Shown in pieces: positions 56,617 to 64,000 of a DNA stretch of 64,000 nt. The position numbers were made by a program, and so were the translations under genes. The stretch spans positions 78,159-142,158 of the forward strand of contig JANWWM010000016.1 in assembly GCA_025055975.1 (NCBI GenBank), read 5' to 3'. The DNA is from Chloroherpetonaceae bacterium. Lineage in GTDB: Bacteria; Bacteroidota; Chlorobiia; Chlorobiales; Thermochlorobacteraceae. Positions within the stretch are counted from its first letter, which is position 1, and each line of letters opens with the position of its first letter. The notes under the pieces are model-generated. The model was given only the letters and a program-made list of their open reading frames with translations. It was not told the origin of the DNA and did not search any database.

Positions 56617-59382
56617 TCAAACGAGAGAAGCGTCGCTTTCCGCCACGAGATTTCGCAAGTCGTCTCCGACCTGCTCAATGGTTTGATAGCGCGATTTGAC
56701 GTCGGTTTGAAGGCACTTTTCGATAATCTCGCCAAGCCGCTTGGGCAAGTCGGGTCGAAGCGCGGAGATGGGCGTTGGGGTTTTGTTGAAGATGGCGTGA
56801 ATGACCGCCATTTCGTTTTCGCCCGAAAACGGCAGTTGATTGGCGCAGAGTTCATAGAGAACCACGCCGAAAGAGAAGATGTCGGTTCGAGCGTCGACGT
56901 CTCTGCCCATAATTTGTTCGGGCGCGACATAGCCGAGCGTGCCGAGAACCGCGCCGAGCGTCGTCTTCATCGATACGAGCGACGATTTGGATAGCCCGAA
57001 ATCCATAATGCGCGCCGTCTCGTTCTCGTCAAGCATTAGGTTCGTCGTTTTCAGGTCTCGATGCACGATGCCGCGCTTGTGGATTTCCGCAAGCCCGTCG
57101 CAAATCTGCAACGCGAAGCGTCGGATTTTTTCAAGCGGAAGAGGGTGATGCTTGGCGAGATAATCTTTGAGCGTGCCGCCCGACAAAAGTTCCATCACGA
57201 GATAGCCTTCGTTGTCGGTTTCGCCGACTTCATAAACCTTGACGATGTTCGGGTGCGAAAATTCGAGCAGCAGTTGTCCCTCGTTGGCTAATCGGCGACG
57301 ATTTTCCGCGTCGTTCATCAAGGCGGAATGCAGCGCTTTGACGGCGACGACGCGCTTCGTTCTTCGATCGATGGCTTTGTAGACTTTTCCCATTCCGCCC
57401 TCTCCAAGCGTTTCTTTGAGTTCGTAGTTGCCGATGTAACGCTTTCTGCGACTTTCCAAAATGACGCTCCAATTCTGAGCGACCCAACGCGCAAGCAAGA
57501 CGACGCCCAACAGCGTTGCGAGATACGCGGCGAACGCCCACTTGGACTTCCAAAATGGCGGCGCGATCGTGAAGGCGAGATGAGCGGGCTTTTCGGACTC
57601 TGCGCCGTCGGCGTTGATGGCGAAAACCTCCATCTCGTAGTCGCCGCTGGGCAGGTTGCGATACGCAACGCGCTTCTCGCTCGTTATGGACCATTCTTTG
57701 TCCGAACCTTTCAGACGAAATCGAAACTTGGCGTTTTGCGGCTCGCAATGCGAGCTGGAAGCGAAGGTGAAGGCGACCGTGTTTTGCCAATGTTCGAGTT
57801 CGCCGAGCGTCGCAGGGTTTGAAAAGCGCAACGAATCAATCTCGACTTTCGAGATCCAAGCGGTTGGCTTTTGCGCGATTGGCGAAAACCACTTGAGCTC
57901 GATTTTCAGCGCGCCGTCGCTCGTCGCGATCCAAAGCGTTTCTTCCGCGTCGTCATACAAAAAGTTCATCATCTCGGATTCTTTTTTGGGTCGAATGGGA
58001 ATCGAGCCGACGGCGACGAAACGCTCGTTTTCCATTCTGCACAAGCCGTTTTGGGTTACGACCCAGAGCGTTTTGGTTCTTTTTTGGCGAAAGGCGAATC
58101 GCGTTCCGTCGCTGCTTAATCCGTCCCGCGTCGTGAAGACCCTCTTTTCGCGTCGATTCCATTTGAAGAGTCCTTTGTTCGTGCAAATCCACGCCGTCGC
58201 GTCGCCATTCGCGTCGGTTTCTTCGAAGACCGAGAGCGCGACGTTGGAAGGCAATCCGTCCGCCGTCGTGAAGGTTTGCGCGACTCCGTTTGCGAATCTT
58301 GTAACGCCCGCGTTGCGCGACGAAAACCACAGCCCCTCAACGCCTTCGTCTATGGTTTCCATCATATCGCTTGCGAAGCCGTCGGACGCGAGAAACGTTC
58401 GCTGCGAATCGGGCAAAACGCAATGCGTTCCCGAACCATATGTCGCCACCCACAGCGCGCTGGTTTTGTTGTTGGAGAAGCCTTTTTTGGACAACGCGAT
58501 CGCGGAAACGCCGCTCGTGACGCGAGGCGATTTTTGCTGAAAAAGCGTTTGTCGATTGCTCAAATCGGCGTTCAATCGAAAGAGATAATGCAACGAGGCG
58601 ACGACGATCGCGTCGCCTTGCTCGACGAAGCCCATCACGTTGCGCTTTTCGTTGTCTTTGACGTCGCAGGGAATCGTTTGAAGTTGGTCGTTTTCGATGA
58701 AGGCGATTCCTTCCGACGTGCCGAGCCAAACGCGCCCGCGAGAGTCTTTGAAAACGCCGTTGACTTGATTGCTCGGCAAGCCGCTTGCTTTGGAGTAAAG
58801 CGTAACGATGTCGGAGCGCATTCTCTTCGCCCCTTGCCCAAACGTGCCTAGCCAAAGCCCGCCTTCTTTGTCGACGAAGATTTCATTGATGGCGAAAGGC
58901 TCCGAGCCGTCTTTGCACAGAATTTTTTCCGCTCGGCATTTTTCCTGATTCCATTTAACCATGTAATCGAGGGATTTGTCGTAGGCATAGTGGAATCGGG
59001 CGTTGCCTTTTTTGCGCTCGCTTTTGAGTGGCGGCAGTTCGTCGGGGCGGACGGTTTGAAAAGACGCGCCATTGAATTTCGCCCAACCTTTTTCAAATGT
59101 TTGGACGTATATCGTTCCGTTTGCGTCTTGCGCGATTTCAATGACGAAGTCTTCGGGCAAGCCGTCGTCGATGTCGTAGTTCGTGAAGGTCGCGCCGTCG
59201 AAGGTTGCGACGCCTTTGTCCGTGCCAAACCACATTTTTCCTTCCGCGTCTTGAAAGACGCAGTTGACGTAACGGCTTGGCAAGCCATCGGACGCGCTAT
59301 ATGTTCTCCACAGAGCTTCTTGCGGAAGCGTTTGAAAGGGGGAAACGAGCAAGATCATCGAAACACAAACCGCTTTCGACAT
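56617..59382 (-). CDS. Hanks-type Ser/Thr protein kinase with a periplasmic two-component-regulator-propeller plus Y_Y_Y sensor
   Basis: Signal/anchor; repeated GLPSxxV...D..G..W.GT propeller blades; Y_Y_Y block FRFRLKGSDKEWS...YRNLPSGDYEMEVFAINADG; TM helix WAFAAYLATLLGVVLLA. The kinase domain has GEGGMGKVY, VAVK, HRDLKTTN, DFGLS and GTLGYVAPE. Confidence 0.85.
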   Translation of the reverse strand: MSKAVCVSMILLVSPFQTLPQEALWRTYSASDGLPSRYVNCVFQDAEGKMWFGTDKGVATFDGATFTNYDIDDGLPEDFVIEIAQDANGTIYVQTFEKGWAKFNGASFQTVRPDELPPLKSERKKGNARFHYAYDKSLDYMVKWNQEKCRAEKILCKDGSEPFAINEIFVDKEGGLWLGTFGQGAKRMRSDIVTLYSKASGLPSNQVNGVFKDSRGRVWLGTSEGIAFIENDQLQTIPCDVKDNEKRNVMGFVEQGDAIVVASLHYLFRLNADLSNRQTLFQQKSPRVTSGVSAIALSKKGFSNNKTSALWVATYGSGTHCVLPDSQRTFLASDGFASDMMETIDEGVEGLWFSSRNAGVTRFANGVAQTFTTADGLPSNVALSVFEETDANGDATAWICTNKGLFKWNRREKRVFTTRDGLSSDGTRFAFRQKRTKTLWVVTQNGLCRMENERFVAVGSIPIRPKKESEMMNFLYDDAEETLWIATSDGALKIELKWFSPIAQKPTAWISKVEIDSLRFSNPATLGELEHWQNTVAFTFASSSHCEPQNAKFRFRLKGSDKEWSITSEKRVAYRNLPSGDYEMEVFAINADGAESEKPAHLAFTIAPPFWKSKWAFAAYLATLLGVVLLARWVAQNWSVILESRRKRYIGNYELKETLGEGGMGKVYKAIDRRTKRVVAVKALHSALMNDAENRRRLANEGQLLLEFSHPNIVKVYEVGETDNEGYLVMELLSGGTLKDYLAKHHPLPLEKIRRFALQICDGLAEIHKRGIVHRDLKTTNLMLDENETARIMDFGLSKSSLVSMKTTLGAVLGTLGYVAPEQIMGRDVDARTDIFSFGVVLYELCANQLPFSGENEMAVIHAIFNKTPTPISALRPDLPKRLGEIIEKCLQTDVKSRYQTIEQVGDDLRNLVAESDASLV

Positions 59383-59464
59383 CGTTGGCAGGTTTTTGCA
59401 GGGCTTGGCAACCAACGCGCTTCGTTCCGCTCTCAATCGCTTCCTCTTTTTCGTCGCGCAAACT

Positions 59465-61045
59465 TTACGCGAGGCGCTCGCCGATGGATTTGCCTTGCAG
59501 GAAGTTCAAGAGGTAGTCGCGTCCGCCCGCTTTGCTGTCCGTTCCCGACAGGTTGAATCCGCCGAAAGGGTGAACGCCCACGAGCGCGCCCGTGATTTTG
59601 CGATTGAGGTAAAGATTTCCCACGTGAAATTCCGCTTTGGCGCGTTCCAACTTCTTTTTGTTTTTCGTGAAAACGCCGCCCGTCAAGCCATATTCCGTGT
59701 CGTTGGCGATGCGCAGCGCTTCGTCAAAGTTCGCCGCTTTGACGCACGCCAGCACGGGACCGAAAATTTCCTCTTGCGCGATGCGCGCCGTTGGCTCGAC
59801 ATCGGCGAAAATCGTCGGCTCTATGAACCAACCTTTGCTTGAATCCACCTTGCCGCCAAAGACGAGTTTGGCTTCGGACTTGCCGATTTCAATGTATTCG
59901 CAAATTTTTTTGAAGGCTTTTTCGCTCACGACGGCGGACATCGAGGGGTTCTCGACCGCGTCGCCAAGCGTTAGCGCGCCCGCACGCTCGACGAGTTTCT
60001 CGACGACGTCGTCGTAAATTTTTTCGTTGATGATGACTCTTGAACACGCCGAGCATTTTTGCCCCGAAAATCCAAACGCCGAGACGATGGTGGCGTTGAC
60101 GGCTTCATCAATGTCCGCGTCGGGTTCGATGATAATCGCGTCTTTGCCGCCCATTTCGGCGATGACGCGCTTCATCCATCGTTGCCCTTCGCGCATTTTC
60201 GCCGCCGCTTCGTTGATTTTCAGTCCGACGGCTTTCGAGCCTGTGAAGGAAACGAATCGCGTTTTGGGGTGTTCGACCATCGCTTCGCCGACGTCCGCGC
60301 CGCCGTAAATCACGTTCAGAACGCCTTTTGGCAAGCCGACTTCTTCCATCAATTCGGCGAATTTCGTCGCCACGAAGGGCGCGTCGGGCGAAGGTTTCAA
60401 GACGACCGCGTTTCCCGCGACGATAGCCGAAGTGGTCATTCCCGTCATAATCGCCAGCGCGAAGTTCCAAGGCGGCAAAATCGCACCTACGCCCAGCGGC
60501 AGATAGACGAACTCGCTCGTTTCCTTGCCAAGCCATTTTGGCGGCTTGACGACGGGTTGCGGCGCGCACAGTCGCATCGCCTCGCGGGCGTAGAATTCCA
60601 TAAAGTCAATCGCCTCGTTCACGTCCATATCCGCTTCCGCCCAATTTTTTGCGACTTCGAAAATCATCATGGCGGCAAACTCGCGCTTGCGCTTGCGCAT
60701 TTTGTCCGCCGCTTTCAGAAGATACGAGGCGCGCTTTTCGACGGGCGTTTTTTTCCACCATTCAAACGCTTCGGTCGCCGCTCCAATCGCGTGCTCGACA
60801 TCGTCCTTGTCGCACATCGCAAACGTGCCGACGACTTCCCGATGATCGCACGGATTCGTCGAGACGAGTTTCCGCTCCGATTTCGCAACGAGTTGGGAGC
60901 CGATTCGGGCGGGATAATCTTTGCCGAGTTCGGCGCGAATTTTCTCGATGGCGCGCAACATTTCGCGCTTTCGCTTGGGGTCGGAAAAATCGGTGGGCGG
61001 CTCGTTTTGAAACGGCGGCAATTTTGGCTTCGACGATTTGAGCAT
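59465..61045 (-). CDS. pruA: L-glutamate gamma-semialdehyde (1-pyrroline-5-carboxylate) dehydrogenase
   Basis: Aldehyde dehydrogenase fold with FTGSKAVG, EMGGKDAIII and GQKCSACSR. Length and ends are typical of PruA/RocA. Confidence 0.88.
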   Translation of the reverse strand: MLKSSKPKLPPFQNEPPTDFSDPKRKREMLRAIEKIRAELGKDYPARIGSQLVAKSERKLVSTNPCDHREVVGTFAMCDKDDVEHAIGAATEAFEWWKKTPVEKRASYLLKAADKMRKRKREFAAMMIFEVAKNWAEADMDVNEAIDFMEFYAREAMRLCAPQPVVKPPKWLGKETSEFVYLPLGVGAILPPWNFALAIMTGMTTSAIVAGNAVVLKPSPDAPFVATKFAELMEEVGLPKGVLNVIYGGADVGEAMVEHPKTRFVSFTGSKAVGLKINEAAAKMREGQRWMKRVIAEMGGKDAIIIEPDADIDEAVNATIVSAFGFSGQKCSACSRVIINEKIYDDVVEKLVERAGALTLGDAVENPSMSAVVSEKAFKKICEYIEIGKSEAKLVFGGKVDSSKGWFIEPTIFADVEPTARIAQEEIFGPVLACVKAANFDEALRIANDTEYGLTGGVFTKNKKKLERAKAEFHVGNLYLNRKITGALVGVHPFGGFNLSGTDSKAGGRDYLLNFLQGKSIGERLA

Positions 61046-61118
61046 TGCGGACGCGGTTTTCGTTTTTTAGCGACGTTTGTTCGCGGCTTCTGTTTCGCGC
61101 CGCGTCGCAGGCTTGATT

Positions 61119-61910
61119 TCAAGCCGAGGCGCACGGGCGCATCGACGCGGTCGAGAAGTTCGTGTCAATCGACATTTCTTTTTCGCACAAGTGCCAGAGC
61201 TTTTGGCAGGGGAAGGTTTCTTCGTAAAGCGCTTTGCCGATGATGACGGAGTCGACAAGGGGAGCGAGCGTCGCCAGTTGCGTCAAATCTTTGTAGGACG
61301 ACACGCCGCCCGACGCGGTTACGCGCAGTTTGGCGTTTTCGGCGAAGCGTTTGATGGCGTCGTAGCCAACGCCCGCGAGCGCGCCGTCTTTGGAGATGTC
61401 GGTGTAAATGACGCGCTCAACGCCGAGCGCTTTCATCTTCAAGCCAAGTTCCACGTCGCTCATCGCCGCGCCTTCGAGCCATCCGTGAACTTTGGGAACG
61501 CCGTTTTCCGCGTCGATGCCGACGACGACTTTTTTCGGTCCGTAAAGCGCAAGCAACTCTTCGACCAATTTGGGATTGGTAACGGCGGCTGACCCTATCA
61601 CGACGCGATAGACCCCGATGTCGAAATAGGCTTTCGCGCTGTCGAGGCTTCGAATGCCGCCGCCAACTTCAATGGGAATGTCGAGCGTTTCCACGATGCG
61701 CTTGATTTCGGCGAAGTTTTCCAGTTTGCCCGTTTTCGCCGCGTCCAAATCGACGAGGTGGAGCATCTTGGCGTTTTGCTTGCGCCACACGATTGCCATG
61801 TCGCAAGGACAATCGAGATAGATTTTCTCGCGTTTGTAATCGCCTTGCGTGAGACGGACGCACTTTCCGCCGCGAATGTCGATGGCAGGAATGACGAGCA
61901 TCGTCGTCAC
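61119..61910 (-). CDS. hisA: ProFAR isomerase HisA
   Basis: LVIPAIDIRGGKCVRLTQGDY, plus VGGGIRS and SGGVSS phosphate-binding blocks. It overlaps the hisH stop by 4 nt. A C-terminal tail of about 25 aa extends beyond the usual end. Confidence 0.9.
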   Translation of the reverse strand: MTTMLVIPAIDIRGGKCVRLTQGDYKREKIYLDCPCDMAIVWRKQNAKMLHLVDLDAAKTGKLENFAEIKRIVETLDIPIEVGGGIRSLDSAKAYFDIGVYRVVIGSAAVTNPKLVEELLALYGPKKVVVGIDAENGVPKVHGWLEGAAMSDVELGLKMKALGVERVIYTDISKDGALAGVGYDAIKRFAENAKLRVTASGGVSSYKDLTQLATLAPLVDSVIIGKALYEETFPCQKLWHLCEKEMSIDTNFSTASMRPCASA

Positions 61911-62515
61911 AGTTTTGCGAAATTCTCCAACACTTTCAGTCCCATCGTTCCCGATTTTTCGGGGTGGAACTGGACGGCAAAAATACCATTTTTTTCAATC
62001 GCAGCGGCGAAATTTTCGCCGGCGTAAAAGGCGCGCGCGCTCGTGGCGTTTTCGTCCTCCGCTTCGCAGTAATACGAATGCACGAAATAAAAGTGCGTTC
62101 CCTCGTCGATGCCTTTGAACAGCGCGCTTTCGCGTCGAATCTCGCCAACGCGATTCCAACCAATTTGGGGCACTTTGTCTTTTTTCGCGTCGAAGCGTCG
62201 AACTTTTCCCGAAATCAAGTTCAGCCCCTGATGCAACCCCATTTCCTCGCTTTCGGAGAGCAACAGTTGCATTCCGAGGCACACGCCAAGAAGCATTTTT
62301 CCTTCGGCAAGATGCTCGCCGATGGCGCGGTCGAGACCGCGAGCGCGCAAGGCTTGCATTCCTTGACCAAACGCGCCAACGCCCGGAAGCACGAGTTTGT
62401 CCGCGCGCGCGACGTCGCGCGCGTCGTCGGAAATTTTGGCGGGCGCGCCGAGACGTTCGAAGGCTTTTTGAACGGAGCGCAAATTGCCCGCGCCGTAGTC
62501 GAGAATGAGAATCAT
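61907..62515 (-). CDS. hisH: imidazole glycerol phosphate synthase, glutamine amidotransferase subunit HisH
   Basis: ILILDYGAGNLRSV, PGVGAF, GVCLGMQLL (catalytic Cys) and FHPEKS. Confidence 0.92.
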   Translation of the reverse strand: MILILDYGAGNLRSVQKAFERLGAPAKISDDARDVARADKLVLPGVGAFGQGMQALRARGLDRAIGEHLAEGKMLLGVCLGMQLLLSESEEMGLHQGLNLISGKVRRFDAKKDKVPQIGWNRVGEIRRESALFKGIDEGTHFYFVHSYYCEAEDENATSARAFYAGENFAAAIEKNGIFAVQFHPEKSGTMGLKVLENFAKL

Positions 62516-62573
62516 TTGGGCAAGACGCGAAATGGAGATTTTTTTGGCGATGGCGACGTGGCGTTTCGGAAGG

Positions 62574-63431
62574 CTATACGCGCAAACGAACTTTCATTTT
62601 GCAAAGCCAATCGTAAGAGATGTGCATTTTGCCGAACAGCTCTTCGTCTTGCGGCTTTACGCCGTGATAATCCGAGCCGCCCGACATCAAAAGAAAATAC
62701 TCGTTGGCGATGGCGCGATAATACTCCTGACGATGCTCGTCGTGCGAGGGGTGCACGATTTCCAAACCGTCCAGTCCGTTGTCAATCAGATGGCGGACGA
62801 TGTCGTCGGGCACTTGGCGACCCGGGTGAGCCAGAAACGACAATCCCCCCGCTTGATTGATGAGCGAGATGACCTCGGCGGGTTCGGTTTCGATGCTTCT
62901 TTCGTAAGCGGGGCAGTTCGTTCCGATGTATTTCAGGAAGGCTTCGTTGTAGCTTTGCACGTAGCCGCGTTCTTGGAGAACGGCGGCGATGTGCGGTCGC
63001 CCGACGGAGCCTTGCCCCGCTTTTTCGAGCACGTGCTCGATGCGAATTTTCACGCCTTGTTTGTTGAGGCGTTCAATCATTCGCTCGGTGCGCGAGAGGC
63101 GCAACTTGCGACAGTGCGAAAGATAGTCGCTGAGCGGCGACTGTTCCGTTTTGACGAAGTAGCCCAAGATGTGAATGTCGCGTTCTTCGCGGACGGCGCT
63201 GACTTCAACGCCCGGAATCAACTCCACGCCGAGTTCGTCGGCGAGAGGCTTGGCTTCTTCGAGAGCGGCGAGGTTGTCGTGGTCGGTGATGCTGATGGCG
63301 GACAATCCCGCTTGTTTGGCTTTTCTAACCAAGTCTTTTGGAGAAAGCGCGCCGTCGGAGAACGTGGTGTGCATGTGCATATCCACGCGCTTCCGTTCAA
63401 CTGCTTGGGTGGCGGCTGAATCGGCGTTCAT
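62574..63431 (-). CDS. PHP-domain phosphoesterase
   Basis: VDMHMHTTFSDGALSPKDLV...ISITDHDN...AHP...GGSDYHG metal-binding His/Asp motifs. Confidence 0.8.
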   Translation of the reverse strand: MNADSAATQAVERKRVDMHMHTTFSDGALSPKDLVRKAKQAGLSAISITDHDNLAALEEAKPLADELGVELIPGVEVSAVREERDIHILGYFVKTEQSPLSDYLSHCRKLRLSRTERMIERLNKQGVKIRIEHVLEKAGQGSVGRPHIAAVLQERGYVQSYNEAFLKYIGTNCPAYERSIETEPAEVISLINQAGGLSFLAHPGRQVPDDIVRHLIDNGLDGLEIVHPSHDEHRQEYYRAIANEYFLLMSGGSDYHGVKPQDEELFGKMHISYDWLCKMKVRLRV

Positions 63432-63485
63432 TGGTTCGTCAGACTTGATTGCGTTTGAGAATCCGCATTGAAACGCTTTGCGATT

Positions 63486-64000
63486 TCACTTGATTGCGTT
63501 CAATTTTTGTCGGAGCGACACGCTCGTTTGGTTGATGCGCAAGGCTTTTTCGTAGTAATGCATCGCTTTTTCGCGGTCGCCAAGTTTGGAATACACGTCG
63601 CCCAAGTGTTCCAACACGGCGGGGCTTTCGCGTCCCGCTTGGACGGCTTTTTCAATCCACTTTTTCGCTTCCTCGTAGTTGCCCATCTTGAAATAAATCC
63701 AGCCCATCGTGTCCAGATACGCGCCGTTGTTGGGTTCTTTGGCGACGGCGATTTTCGCCATTTCGAGCGCGCGCTCGAGCTCTTTGTCGCGCTCCGAATA
63801 CGAGTAAGCGAGGTTGTTGAGCGCCAGCGCGTTGTCCGGCTCGTAGCGCAACGCCATCTCGTAGCTTCGCTCGCTTTCGTCGTAGCGTTTCAGGCGTTCG
63901 TAGCTTAGGGCGAGCGTCGTATAGGCTTGAACAATCGTGCTAGTGTCTTCGTTTTCGCCCGCGTTCAAGGCTTCGGAGAGCGCTTGCACGGCTTCTTCGT
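63486..64000 (-). CDS. TPR-repeat protein (N-terminus outside window)
   Basis: Consecutive 34-aa TPR units (ALNNLAYSY..., YLDTMGWIYFKMGNYEEAKKW..., LEHLGDVYSKLGDREKAMHYYEKAL). The frame is open to the window edge. Confidence 0.7.
   Translation of the reverse strand, partial: EEAVQALSEALNAGENEDTSTIVQAYTTLALSYERLKRYDESERSYEMALRYEPDNALALNNLAYSYSERDKELERALEMAKIAVAKEPNNGAYLDTMGWIYFKMGNYEEAKKWIEKAVQAGRESPAVLEHLGDVYSKLGDREKAMHYYEKALRINQTSVSLRQKLNAIK

Overview
The window is a GC-rich, densely coding stretch of bacterial chromosome with about 58 protein genes, one tRNA and no rRNA. I found no CRISPR array and no intact mobile element. All calls come from reading the supplied translations and the DNA by eye; no database search was run.

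Most of the content is housekeeping:
- Translation and amino-acid metabolism: rplU-rpmA, rpsT, metG, queA, thrA, hisH-hisA, folC, pruA, add.
- DNA repair, proteolysis and ribosome silencing: ruvA, ftsH, rsfS.

Lineage is an inference. Several features point to the Fibrobacteres-Chlorobi-Bacteroidetes group, most like a Chlorobi/Ignavibacteria-type organism:
- Two proteins end in near-identical type-A T9SS sorting domains (NYPNPFNPTT...VYFYRLQA).
- A DUF4835 (PorD-type) gene is present.
- The Rieske/cytochrome b pair (petC-petB) has no cytochrome c1 or f gene.
- A CrtC-like carotenoid hydratase gene is present.

No recognisable defence island or obviously new multi-gene machine stands out. The best candidates for uncharacterised systems are:
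1. A translationally coupled operon at 38968-40682. It encodes a Tat-exported lipoprotein Rieske protein, a His-bearing 4-TM protein and YceI.
2. A DUF4856-like lipoprotein / HTTM / TonB-dependent receptor operon at 15168-20310.
3. A Hanks-type Ser/Thr kinase whose sensor is a periplasmic beta-propeller plus Y_Y_Y module.
4. A T9SS-secreted agmatine-deiminase/PAD-fold enzyme.
5. A PuhE/DUF3623-like membrane protein.

Decay products are also present:
- A frameshifted DNA methyltransferase remnant.
- A 5'-truncated Rpn/DUF2887-like fragment.
- An orphan antitoxin-like ORF.

A family of short palindromic repeats (GTCATTCCGAGCGAAGCGAGGAATC-like) is clustered in three intergenic regions.
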